Shown here piece by piece: positions 45,350 through 54,906 of a stretch of DNA of 64,000 nt. The position numbers and the translations under genes are program-made. Positions within the stretch are counted from its first letter, which is position 1; each line of letters opens with the position of its first letter. Source of the DNA: Nannocystales bacterium (GTDB taxonomy: Bacteria > Myxococcota_A > Polyangia > Nannocystales > Nannocystaceae); assembly GCA_050633305.1 (NCBI GenBank), contig JBOEGF010000038.1, positions 64,001 through 128,000 of the forward strand, given 5' to 3'. The notes under the pieces were generated by a model, which saw only the letters and a program-made list of their open reading frames with translations, was not told the origin of the DNA and searched no databases.

Positions 45350-46591
45350 TCACAGACGCGGACCCGCGATCCCGACGACCCGCCCGGTACCCGACGTGTC
45401 GTTCAGCGCGACCGCCATGTCTTCGTTGGGCAACATGACAAACGATACGCCGCTCGCCTGCATGCCCGTGTCGGGAAACACCATCGACCAGCCCGGAGCA
45501 CCCTCGGAATCGAACGCGGACAGCTGCGTGCCTCCGCTGTGGTTGTGCAATACGATGAGCTCGCCGCTGGGGTGAACCAAGATGTCCGCGGCACTGCCAG
45601 CTGGAGTTATATCGGTGATCCACGCAAACTCTGTCTGCGGCGGATTCACCACCCCCACCCAGTGCGTCGGACTGAATATACCGATGGCCGCCAGTCGCCC
45701 GTCCGGCATCCGGGCGACCTCGCGGAACTCGTCCACCATGGCGCCGTAGGACTCGGTCATAGAGAATAGCGTTTCCCCTTTACTCCCCAGCACCGCCAAG
45801 TACAGACCGTGTTGGGCGGCGTTTCCGGCGACGGCGACTCCTCCGTCCCCCGCAAGGGCGATCGCATTTACATCGGCGACCGACTCGTCCCCCTCCACCG
45901 TTCGACTCCAGATTTCAGCCCCATTTGCGCCGTAGCGCGTGATCAGCCGGAACCGTCCGAGGTTCCCGCTCGCGCTGGAGATGACGACCTCGTCGTCGGG
46001 GCTCATCGAGACAGCGGCGCGCGAAGAGTTGAAGCCGTCGTAGCCCAGGTTGCCGTGCCCCCACAGACCGACCCCTGCGGTGTCGAAGACGCGCAGCGAC
46101 GCCACCTCGGGGGAGAGGACGTCCGCCACGGTGATTGCGGCGAATCCCCCGGCTCCGGAGGCGACGCGTACGCACACCTCACCCTCCGTATCCAGCGATT
46201 CACCGTCCACGGCCGCGACGTCCAGAAGCGTCATTCCGTCTCGGCCACACACCACCACACGCTCACCGATCGCTGCGAGGTCTTGAACACGCTGCTCTGT
46301 ATCCCACGTCCAGATGACCGCCCCGGAAACGCGGCAGCGGTCGTCGCAGTCTTCCCCCCCGTCGCACATCTCCGTGCCCTCCACGACACCGTTGCCGCAC
46401 TCCCCGGGGAGCGCAGGGTTCCCGGTGCTGGTCTCGTCGAGGCCCGCGACCTCCTCCACTGTGCTTTCGGAAGAAGAGACGCCCTGGGCCGACCCGCTGC
46501 TGTCCCCAGCCGAGGGGGCACGCTCCTCGCCGCACCCGGGGGCGGAGAACAACAGCAAGGAAGCAAGGGTCGGGACAGTACGCATTCGCAC
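45350..46591 (-). CDS. Lipoprotein with myxobacterial Cys-rich repeat and beta-propeller
   Basis: Lipobox APGC; CGNGVVEGTEMCDGG. Confidence 0.75.
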   Translation of the reverse strand: MRMRTVPTLASLLLFSAPGCGEERAPSAGDSSGSAQGVSSSESTVEEVAGLDETSTGNPALPGECGNGVVEGTEMCDGGEDCDDRCRVSGAVIWTWDTEQRVQDLAAIGERVVVCGRDGMTLLDVAAVDGESLDTEGEVCVRVASGAGGFAAITVADVLSPEVASLRVFDTAGVGLWGHGNLGYDGFNSSRAAVSMSPDDEVVISSASGNLGRFRLITRYGANGAEIWSRTVEGDESVADVNAIALAGDGGVAVAGNAAQHGLYLAVLGSKGETLFSMTESYGAMVDEFREVARMPDGRLAAIGIFSPTHWVGVVNPPQTEFAWITDITPAGSAADILVHPSGELIVLHNHSGGTQLSAFDSEGAPGWSMVFPDTGMQASGVSFVMLPNEDMAVALNDTSGTGRVVGIAGPRL

Positions 46592-46714
46592 CCAGCGTTT
46601 GACGCAGCGCAGTGACGAACGATCACCTTAAAGTGCCGAAATCCTCGCCCCGACACACAGCCGCAACCCAAGCGCTCGCCCTCTTCATCCCCCACGGCAC
46701 CCGGACGCGGGTCG

Positions 46715-48163
46715 CTATCCATCGGAGTAGAGTACGAGCACGCGGCCTTCGGCCCCACCACGGGCCCCGACTACGATATCTTCGATACCATCGTCGTTGA
46801 GATCGGCGACGGCGATATCACGACCATACTCCCCCTCGATCGAAAAGGACTGCTCTTCCTCGAAGGCGTCGTCTCCGAGGCTCATCAGGACGCCTACCGA
46901 CCCGAAATAGGGAAGCGCGGAGTTCCCACCGGTCACGACAATGTCGTCGCAACGGTCGTCATCGAGGTCGACGCCCGCCATCGACACGACCGGGCTGAGA
47001 ACGGTGAGTTGCTGTAGGGGCGCGAACCCGCGTTGACCGTCACCGGCGTAGACTTCGACGACGGCATCCGTGCTGATGGCAACGTCGAGCAACAAGTCTC
47101 CGTTGAAGTCGCCTATTGCGGTGGCTCGGCTGGGAAGCGCGCCCAACGCGGTGGGCCCATCGAGGCCGCCATTGCCCGTTCCCCACCAAACGAAGCCGCC
47201 ATCGAGCGTTGGCACGAGCACATCGACGAATCCGTCGGTGTCGAGGTCGGCGGTGGATATCTCGAATGCCCAGGGCGACTCGTACCGAATCGGGGTATCG
47301 AATGCCTCGGCGGCGTTCCCGAGATGCACTTCGATGCTGGTGCTTGCGCTCGTGATCGCGTCTAGGCGATTGTCCCCGTTGAGGTCCGCGAGGGCAATGT
47401 CCTGGCCGGAGGGGGTCATCGTGAAGTCCGACGCAGGGCCAAAGCTCCCGTTTCCTAGACCCCGCCAGCGCCGCACCACGCTGGCGGTCGTGGCGGAGTT
47501 CGGTCGCGTAAACGACACGAGATCAGGCTGCGCGTCCGCGATCGGGCCGATAGCGAGCGAAGGCGAGTACGAGTCCATGCTGGTGACCGTCCCAAAATCG
47601 CCGCCGATCTGTCCCAGAAGCGTTCGAATGACCTGGGAGCTGAGGTCCGACACGACGAGGTCTGGCTGGTCGTCGCCGTTGAGGTCGCCAAGCGCAATAC
47701 TGTCGACGGTTCCCCAGGCGCCGACCTGATCGAACCCGTTGTAGGGGACCGCATTCGTCGGGAACCGACCGGTCCCGCACTCGGGAAGCTGGATCCCGGT
47801 CGAGCTCGATGATTCGCCTACGCCTGAAGTCCGCTCGCTGGTCGTCGTGCTTCCGGTGGACGGCTCCGGACCCGATGTCGCCGCGTCGGAGGTGGATGAG
47901 TTCGGCGCCGTCGTCGTTCCCTCATCCCCCCCGGCCGATGAATCGACTCGCGAGGTCGAAACCTCAGCGTCGGTCTCGCTGGTCGGTCCCACTTGTATGT
48001 TCGAGGTGGGAGAGAAGCAGCCGGGCAGCAGGGATGTGACGAGGAGAGTAGAGGTGACAGCCCGACGAGGTCGTCGTGTGGACGACTCGTGGAGGCAAGG
48101 GGGAAATATGACGTGGGCGCGTCGATCGCGTGGCACGTGGGCGCGTGTTGCATGCGGTTGCAT
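46715..48163 (-). CDS. FG-GAP/VCBS repeat lipoprotein
   Basis: Lipobox LPGC; several GDLNGD/DLDTDG motifs; start uncertain. Confidence 0.8.
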   Translation of the reverse strand: MQPHATRAHVPRDRRAHVIFPPCLHESSTRRPRRAVTSTLLVTSLLPGCFSPTSNIQVGPTSETDAEVSTSRVDSSAGGDEGTTTAPNSSTSDAATSGPEPSTGSTTTSERTSGVGESSSSTGIQLPECGTGRFPTNAVPYNGFDQVGAWGTVDSIALGDLNGDDQPDLVVSDLSSQVIRTLLGQIGGDFGTVTSMDSYSPSLAIGPIADAQPDLVSFTRPNSATTASVVRRWRGLGNGSFGPASDFTMTPSGQDIALADLNGDNRLDAITSASTSIEVHLGNAAEAFDTPIRYESPWAFEISTADLDTDGFVDVLVPTLDGGFVWWGTGNGGLDGPTALGALPSRATAIGDFNGDLLLDVAISTDAVVEVYAGDGQRGFAPLQQLTVLSPVVSMAGVDLDDDRCDDIVVTGGNSALPYFGSVGVLMSLGDDAFEEEQSFSIEGEYGRDIAVADLNDDGIEDIVVGARGGAEGRVLVLYSDG

Positions 48164-48507
48164 GGTGAGTCTCGCTAGGGCAGAGGCCGCCTCGCCGAGG
48201 ATGTGACAGGGGGTGAGGAAAAACTCCGAGGGTTTGGAGTCGCGACATGCGGTGTCGACGCGCGTTCTACGCCGAGATCCGAAACCGGCTGCCTGGCTCA
48301 GAGTGTGCCCACCTTCGGCCGGCGGAGCGGTGCACGCAGGCAAGCCTCACGGACAGGTCGACGAAACGCGGCCGCCACCGGCGCGTTCGGTGTGCCCGAC
48401 AAACCGCTGACGGCCGGCAGCCTAGGCGACGACGTATTGCCCGACCCTCGCCGTCTCGAAATCATGAGGACCCGAAGTGTCCCGTAGTTCGCCCCGGGGC
48501 TCGAGGC

Positions 48508-49710
48508 TCACTCGTCTTGCTCGTCCGCGGCGGCGTGGGCAACCGACGCTTCGTCCGTCGGCACGTAGTACCCGGTGACACGGAGAGCCGCGTTCCCCAT
48601 TCTCGGAATGTCGAAGACGAGCGTCTCGGCTTCGCCCTGTCTCAAGATGAGCGGGTTGCCGGCATCGCCACACCCCGGCGAAGGGCGCGCACTCGAAACG
48701 GCACATCGGAGGGGTTGGAGTTCTTCGTTGTCGACACGCACAACGATCCTAGAGACTCGCGTGACCTCCGGCTTTCGTTCTTGCAGTTCAACCTCCAATC
48801 TCCCAGGCTCCACAATCCCGAGGTCGGTCGGCTGGGTCGCCGCCAGGCTCGCGTCACGCAAGTTGGTGAGAGTCTCTCCCAGCTCCTCTCCGTCGACCCG
48901 GACGAAAGGGCATGCTGCGAACCCGCAACGGGTGTGAGAATCGAGAGTTCGCTTCATGCGGACCTTGGCGATTTCCTCGACCTCCGGTATCCAGCGATAG
49001 GATTCGACCGCTCTCGACTCGACCCCGTTTCGGGCCTCAGGGGGGTCTGCATCGCGCATGCACTCCGTCCACACCACCTGGAACCGCCCCTTGCCTGTGA
49101 ATGAGGGCCGAGCCCCGTGGGGAGTCATCAGAGACTCCTGCCCTTCGAGGATATTGGACAGCACTCCGTCGCGGATCGAGAATATCTGATGCTCGCGAGG
49201 CGGGTCTTCGGCCCCACCGTAGGGAAGCGTCACCAGGAGAGCGTGTTGCTTTGCGTCGAGATCGATCTCGACGATTTCGTAGTCCTCTTCCGGCCCAGAA
49301 AGATCGACGGGAGGCAACTTGACGAGTTGCTGCTCATAACGGAGGTATCCGTGCTCGGTGAGGTTCACCTCCTCCAAGACCCCATCACCGTCGAGGTCTG
49401 AGTGAAGCGAGCGCACCGAGGCCCCAGGCCCCGTAGGCGACTCGGAAGCGTCAAGAGAGCCAGGATCAGAATCCGGGGCTGTCGGCTGGGGACATTGGGT
49501 CTCGGGTTTCGAACCCTCGATTCGAGGGCAGACAGGACAAGGTGTACCGGATGCCACGATGTGCTCGGACATACCCCCATTGCACGCCGCTCCCGACATC
49601 AAAGCAAGCAAGCCGCTCCTTGCTCCGAGCCTCGCTGGCCACGGACTCAGCGTCCTTCTCAGGACCATCCGCAGAAGCAATAACGATGTCGATAGCGTGC
49701 TCAGGTTCAT
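48508..49710 (-). CDS. Hypothetical lipoprotein
   Basis: GAAC lipobox; DLDGDG; ACPFV motif; start uncertain. Confidence 0.65.
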   Translation of the reverse strand: MNLSTLSTSLLLLRMVLRRTLSPWPARLGARSGLLALMSGAACNGGMSEHIVASGTPCPVCPRIEGSKPETQCPQPTAPDSDPGSLDASESPTGPGASVRSLHSDLDGDGVLEEVNLTEHGYLRYEQQLVKLPPVDLSGPEEDYEIVEIDLDAKQHALLVTLPYGGAEDPPREHQIFSIRDGVLSNILEGQESLMTPHGARPSFTGKGRFQVVWTECMRDADPPEARNGVESRAVESYRWIPEVEEIAKVRMKRTLDSHTRCGFAACPFVRVDGEELGETLTNLRDASLAATQPTDLGIVEPGRLEVELQERKPEVTRVSRIVVRVDNEELQPLRCAVSSARPSPGCGDAGNPLILRQGEAETLVFDIPRMGNAALRVTGYYVPTDEASVAHAAADEQDE

Positions 49711-50066
49711 CTCGATACTGCGCTCCTCACCACAAACGCTTCGAATGCACGACCGCTTTCATCGTCACGGGCGAGTTAGACTCGCAAAAATGCGACTTCT
49801 GCAAGATCCTTCAGTGCTTACGCGAACGAACGCGTTTCGCGTCCGAACCCTGCGAGAACGACGACCCTCCGGGCCCTGCCGCAGATCTTCTGCGGAACAA
49901 ACCGCTCCGCCTGGACGTCAAGGACCGCATGCCTGGGAATCGGTTTATCGCCCACGTCCTCGTGCTGTCCGCCTCCATGCATGCGTGGGTCCCCTGGGGA
50001 CAGGTGCCAACGCCTCGGACTTCCGATGGCAACGCGGGCAGTCGCCGCGACTTGGCTTGAACACTT

Positions 50067-50867
50067 TCAGGGGCCGTGTTCCGCCTCAAGGGTCTTGAGC
50101 ATCGAGAACAGGAGCTCGTGCAGTCCCGCGCTGATCCCGTTCGCGAAAGGCGTTGCTCGGACCAGCGTCAGGCGGGCTTGCCATGGGTCGCCACGGTCGT
50201 TGAGGACGGGGAGCGCTGGGCCGCGCCGCGCTGCGGGCATGACTTCGCGAAAACTCGCGCATTGGCGACACACACCGTCCTTGTTGATCAGCGAACACAA
50301 TCCATCGAACGTCGCTTCCATCGCGCGACGGCCTTTGCTCAGCTCCCCGCGAAACACCGACTCGCTGAGGCTGAGTATGTTGGCGGCCTCTTTGTTGGTG
50401 AGGCCGACGACCTCGCGCAATACGATGGCCGCTGCCCGGGTGGGTACCAAGGAACGGCCAACACAGGAGAAGCAGAACGAGACGTGCTCGCGAACGTCAA
50501 ACGCGAACCCAGGATCCCGGGTCGCGTCCACGACCTGTTGGCGCCGCTCGTCGTCGGCTTCGCATTCCTCTTCGAGGTAGCGTTGACTGTAGGGCCGCCA
50601 GCGTTCCTGTTTGCGGAGGTGGTCGAGGCAGGTGCGGGTTGCGATCGTCAACAACCAGCCGCGAAAAGCACCCTCGTCGCGGAGTGTCGCGAAGCGTTCG
50701 AAGGCCTTCAACGTTGTCGCCTGGACGAGGTCCTCGGCGTCGGCCGCATGCCCGATGAGCCGTCGGACGTACGCTCGAAGCAACTCGTCGTGGGGCCGCA
50801 ACAGTACGTCGAAGCGCTCGCGAGCCTCGCGGGGAGGGCGGATGGGCTGTTCGTTGTGCTGCGACAT
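50067..50867 (-). CDS. ECF sigma factor with Cys-containing C-terminal extension
   Basis: DAEDLVQAT, FRGWLLTIATRTCLDHLR, CFSCV, CSLINKDGVCRQC. Confidence 0.9.
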   Translation of the reverse strand: MSQHNEQPIRPPREARERFDVLLRPHDELLRAYVRRLIGHAADAEDLVQATTLKAFERFATLRDEGAFRGWLLTIATRTCLDHLRKQERWRPYSQRYLEEECEADDERRQQVVDATRDPGFAFDVREHVSFCFSCVGRSLVPTRAAAIVLREVVGLTNKEAANILSLSESVFRGELSKGRRAMEATFDGLCSLINKDGVCRQCASFREVMPAARRGPALPVLNDRGDPWQARLTLVRATPFANGISAGLHELLFSMLKTLEAEHGP

Positions 50868-50935
50868 CGATCTTTGTAGAAGTCGTTTTAACTCATGTGC
50901 TTAGCGGATCTCTGGCGCTCGCGCGTCTTAGGGAC

Positions 50936-51379
50936 ATGAACAACCAAACGTTTTCCATCAAGCATCGGATCGAGCTCGACGTCAAGCCCGCCAGCGTCTA
51001 CGACGCGGTCTCGACCCAAGCCGGCCTCGCGTCGTGGTGGACCACGATGGTCGAGACCAGTGGCGAGCTCGGCTCGCTGGCGGCGTTCCGATTCGGGGAC
51101 GGGGAGCACGGCGCGGACATGCGGATCGATACCCTGACCGAAGGCATGCTCGTCCGGTGGCACTGCGTCGACGGGCCCTGGAAGGGCCTCGACTTCACGT
51201 TCGACATCCAGCCACACGAGCGAGGCTCCGTACTACGGTTTGAGAACTCGGGGTGGCCCGAGACCGGAGACTTCTACATGCACTGCAACGCCAAGTGGGG
51301 CTTCTTCCTGGCCGTGAGCTTGAAGCAACTTCTCGAGACCGGGGCCGGCGTGCCTCACCCCGACGACCCCCGGATCTAG
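50936..51379 (+). CDS. SRPBCC/AHSA1 domain protein
   Basis: VYDAVSTQAGLASWW...LRFENSGW...CNAKWGFFL. Confidence 0.88.
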   Translation: MNNQTFSIKHRIELDVKPASVYDAVSTQAGLASWWTTMVETSGELGSLAAFRFGDGEHGADMRIDTLTEGMLVRWHCVDGPWKGLDFTFDIQPHERGSVLRFENSGWPETGDFYMHCNAKWGFFLAVSLKQLLETGAGVPHPDDPRI

Positions 51380-51672
51380 TGGGCACTGTCCCTCGAACCG
51401 CCGGGCCGTCGATGCCGAGGTCCGGTGCCGTGGGCATCGCGGAGGCGGGCCCGCACTGAACATGCTGGCTATGCTGCGACGCCGAGAACCGGTCCTCTAC
51501 TGCGATTCACCGAACAATGTATCGCCATCGAGTGGGTCTAAGGCGGCCGAACAAGATGACTGGGTCTCTCCAACGAATCACCGCCGAGCGAAGCAATCCG
51601 CAGGATTCGTCCCTGGATATGTAACGTCTTCGTCTGATCTGCGTAGGCGGGGGCCAGAGGATTCAGATTACC

Positions 51673-52281
51673 GTGAAAACCGATTTGCGTTCCATTCTCG
51701 AAGCAGCCGCACTCGCGGCCGCAACCCTCGTGTTCCCGGCCTGCGATAGTGAGGCCGGCGACGACACTCCGTCTGGTACCGCGGGCACAGAAGCCGGCTG
51801 CCCGGCTGCGACCGGTACTGACGCGGGCTGCCCCGGTTCGAGCTCGGGTTGCCCCGGCACGACGGCCGGTTGCCCTGCTGCCGAGCGCCCCGACGAAGTC
51901 GAAGACGTGCTCGCGGCGATCGAAGACGACAGCTACACCGGCTGGGAAGCCGAGTCCGCGGCACACCCACCGGTCGGAACCTCGCCCCACCCCGGAGAAG
52001 TCCGAACGTTTTTTAATCCGGAGCTGGCCGAGTCCATGGGCGCCGGTAACACCGAACACCCGCTGGGCTCAGCAGCGATCAAGGAGTCGTGGATGGACGG
52101 TGAGCTCGCCGGGTGGTTCATCGAGGTCAAGGTGGCTGAAGGCACTGGCCCCGAGACCTGGTACTGGTGGTCCGACCTTGCGGGCGTCGACGCGCTCGGC
52201 GGCGATGCCTCGGTGATGGGGTGTGTCGGTTGCCATGCCGCGGGTACCGACTACGTCACGACGGCGTACCCGCTCGAGTAG
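51673..52281 (+). CDS. Cytochrome P460-like heme-c lipoprotein with four GCP repeats
   Basis: Lipobox FPAC; PLGSAAIKE; WYW; C-terminal CVGCH. Confidence 0.7.
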   Translation: MKTDLRSILEAAALAAATLVFPACDSEAGDDTPSGTAGTEAGCPAATGTDAGCPGSSSGCPGTTAGCPAAERPDEVEDVLAAIEDDSYTGWEAESAAHPPVGTSPHPGEVRTFFNPELAESMGAGNTEHPLGSAAIKESWMDGELAGWFIEVKVAEGTGPETWYWWSDLAGVDALGGDASVMGCVGCHAAGTDYVTTAYPLE

Positions 52282-52409
52282 GCGTCGCGACCCGAGCGCC
52301 TGGGCCACGCTGGGCCAGGAATCTGTCGTGCGAAGCAAGAGGGAACTCGCGCTGCGGCGGACAGCCCCAACGGGGCTGCCGCAGTTCGCCCCCGAGTCGC
52401 GCATTTCGG

Positions 52410-52880
52410 TCATGTGCGATCCTGCGGGTCACGTTCAGGCCGTACGTCCACCGATGAGCCTGCCGTTCGTTGGCCTCGTCGAGATGGCTCGAACCGCGCG
52501 TTTGCATCGAAGAGGTGCGGCATCGTCTTGCGTAGGTCACCCAGCCTCTCGTCGAAGGTCATCGTGTAGCGCCCGGGGATGGGCCCCGTGTCCAGGAGCG
52601 GCGCGCAAGGGATCATGACGTGGTAGCCGGAGCCATCGCGCTCGAGAGGGCGCTGGTAGACGTAGAGGCGGTCTCGGTCAGCGTCTTGGATGAACAACAC
52701 GGTCGCTGTGCACGCGTCGTAGTTCTCCAGCCACAACGTGCCAGCGCGTCGCAGTCGGGCTTGCCGTTCGCGTTCGTCGGCGAGGTCGCGAGGACACAGC
52801 AGTGGGGCTTGCCAGACGTGGTGGCGCGGTAGTGAAGATGGAAGCTCGGTCACGGGGCGCATGTAGAAAATCTCAGACAT
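52410..52880 (-). CDS. Putative MbnC-like MNIO partner protein (short)
   Basis: Overlaps the stop of the MbnB homolog; AGTLWLENYDACTATVLFI weakly resembles the MbnC C-terminal domain (from memory). Confidence 0.5.
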   Translation of the reverse strand: MSEIFYMRPVTELPSSLPRHHVWQAPLLCPRDLADERERQARLRRAGTLWLENYDACTATVLFIQDADRDRLYVYQRPLERDGSGYHVMIPCAPLLDTGPIPGRYTMTFDERLGDLRKTMPHLFDANARFEPSRRGQRTAGSSVDVRPERDPQDRT

Positions 52881-53748
52881 CGCGGAGCTCCGGGGCGGGT
52901 CGAGTTTCGGCCGGTGGCCGTGTCAGGGCTTGGTTTAGGCGACGGAGGTCGTCGGCGACGTCGCTGGCAGTCTTCTCTTTCTCCCGTTCGAGGCAGATCG
53001 ACCGCAGTTGGCCCTGTCGGCCAAGAAGCGCGACCAGGTCCAGGCTCGCTGGGCTCAGTGGATCTCCGTGTGAGTCCCGCAGTTTGCCGTCGTGAGGGTC
53101 GAGGCGGTAACCGCCTACGTGAGCGTGGACTGGCGCCTGGCTGAGCAGCGAACTCCAGGCGTGCACCGGGTCTCCCCCGTTGGTTTCGGCGACGATCGCA
53201 TTGGAGACATCGAAGAGCAGCCCGGCTCCTGTTCGTCGGAGTACCTCACCGGCAAAGTCGGCCTGGCCCACTCCCTGTGGGCCAGCAGAGGCGATGTTCT
53301 CCAGCAACAGGCGACGGCCGGTGGCCTCTTGGTATCGCTGGACTCGCCGGCACGTCTGTTCGAGGTCTGCCTCATAGTCGAGGTCCTCCGGCTGCGCCAG
53401 GTAGCGGTCGCCGGCCACGGTACGCAGCAGGTGGTCGGAGACGTAGACGGGATCCAAGGCACGAATGTGCGTGGACATGCAGTCGAGAATCCGGTCGAGG
53501 CGTTCGGCGGAGGTGTGGACGAATCCGGTCCACATGACGTGTAGTGCGACCCGTGGGGCGAGCGCCTCGAAGCTTCGAGCAATGACGTCGGGATCGAGGT
53601 GGAGGTAGTTGTCCCAGAGAATCTCGACGAACGTCAGTGCGTCCTGACGGCCGGCCATGGCCACCGCATCGGCGTACAGGCTGAAGTCGGTGAGGTTATT
53701 GACGCTCAGGGTTGCTTCGGTCGGCGAGGATGCGCTGAACTCGTTCAT
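52873..53748 (-). CDS. mbnB: MbnB-like multinuclear non-heme iron oxidase (MNIO/DUF692)
   Basis: VEILWDNYLHLDP, ALHVM, PVYVSDH, LLEN, LFDVSNA, HVGGY, DSH and LER follow the MbnB motif order. Confidence 0.85.
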   Translation of the reverse strand: MNEFSASSPTEATLSVNNLTDFSLYADAVAMAGRQDALTFVEILWDNYLHLDPDVIARSFEALAPRVALHVMWTGFVHTSAERLDRILDCMSTHIRALDPVYVSDHLLRTVAGDRYLAQPEDLDYEADLEQTCRRVQRYQEATGRRLLLENIASAGPQGVGQADFAGEVLRRTGAGLLFDVSNAIVAETNGGDPVHAWSSLLSQAPVHAHVGGYRLDPHDGKLRDSHGDPLSPASLDLVALLGRQGQLRSICLEREKEKTASDVADDLRRLNQALTRPPAETRPAPELRDV

Positions 53749-54832
53749 GGACGTAGTTTCGGAAGCTGTGCAGGGGATCGACGATGCTCGCTCCGGCTCG
53801 AGCCAAGGCGTGCTCCCCGAAGCTCGGGATCTCGTGCGGCGCAGCTTTGCGCTCGAGGATGAATTGGTCTGCCCACTCACCCACGATGCTGCGAAAGAGC
53901 GACGGACCCAGCAGAGCGTGCAGCTGTGGTTCTCTGCGGGCGAAGATCAAGTTGTTCAGCAGACCCACCGCGACTCGCTCCTCGTCGACCTCAACTGGGG
54001 TTCGTCGTCGCGTGTTGGCCACCAACTCGGCGACACGGTCGAACTCGGCGCGATAGCCTTCGGGTCGTTCGGCCCACACGGGGTCGGTGTGCTCGACGAC
54101 CACGGTCAGTGGCTGGTCCGCCACGCGGAGCACGGCGCATAGCAACTCGAGGACCTCTTCGGCTAGGGGCTCACCATGGGCGTCATGCCAGACGCCTCGA
54201 CGGTCCTTCTTCACCCCGGACAAGTGGATGCAACTGACAAGGTCGAGGTCGACGAAGCCGAGCATCATGGTCGACGAGATGCCGCAGTTGCGGGCGTGAA
54301 CACACAGGTGGGCGAGATCGAGGACCATGGAGATGCCCTCGGTGGCACACAACGCGTTGGCCAAAGCCCAGGCACGTCGAATCGCACCCAGGTCCACGTC
54401 GTAGAAGTTTGCGTTCTCGATCAGAATCGGCCACGGCAAGCGTTCACGGGCCGTGTCGAAAAACCGCCGGGCGGCGCGATCGTTGTCCTCGGTCGAGACA
54501 TACGCGGGCCCAGCTCCAAGCCAGCCCATGCCCGAACGGTATGGACCGCACAGGTGCACGCCGATGGAGTCTACGCATGGCGGCGCGCGCTCCAACACGT
54601 CGTCGAGGAAGGCGTCTTGAATGGGTGGTCGTTCGCAGACGGGCGCTCGGGACAGGTGCACAGAGCGGTGTTTGATGGAGGCGAGAGCCTGGCCCTTCTC
54701 ACAGCCGATCGCGTTCCACCCCGCTTCGAGATGTTCGACATACGGCGGCAAGTCGAGATGACCGTCGACGATGGCCGGGGTGTAGCCACAGCCAATGCGG
54801 TGTGTGACCGATTGGGAGAAAGGGGCGGGCAT
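53696..54832 (-). CDS. Second MNIO (DUF692), MbnX/MovX-like, with C-terminal extension
   Basis: SVHL, GVHL, LIEN, LDLAH, IHLSG, HDAH, VVEH; about 100-aa helical tail. Confidence 0.8.
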   Translation of the reverse strand: MPAPFSQSVTHRIGCGYTPAIVDGHLDLPPYVEHLEAGWNAIGCEKGQALASIKHRSVHLSRAPVCERPPIQDAFLDDVLERAPPCVDSIGVHLCGPYRSGMGWLGAGPAYVSTEDNDRAARRFFDTARERLPWPILIENANFYDVDLGAIRRAWALANALCATEGISMVLDLAHLCVHARNCGISSTMMLGFVDLDLVSCIHLSGVKKDRRGVWHDAHGEPLAEEVLELLCAVLRVADQPLTVVVEHTDPVWAERPEGYRAEFDRVAELVANTRRRTPVEVDEERVAVGLLNNLIFARREPQLHALLGPSLFRSIVGEWADQFILERKAAPHEIPSFGEHALARAGASIVDPLHSFRNYVHERVQRILADRSNPERQ

Positions 54833-54864
54833 GGGCAACTCTGCGATACAGGCGGGGGGGCGCA

Positions 54865-54884
54865 GGACGCTCGGGCGAGCGTCC
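54865..54884. other. GC-rich hairpin downstream of the precursor gene
   Basis: GGACGCTC-gggc-GAGCGTCC, no U tract. Confidence 0.6.
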
Positions 54885-54906
54885 CACGCGGTCGTCGCGG
54901 TAGGGC

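Noticed and set aside
52873..54832. MNIOs as a bufferin-type (DUF692/DUF2063/DoxX) locus
   Set aside because: Motifs follow MbnB, the precursor lacks a Sec signal, and no DoxX gene is present.
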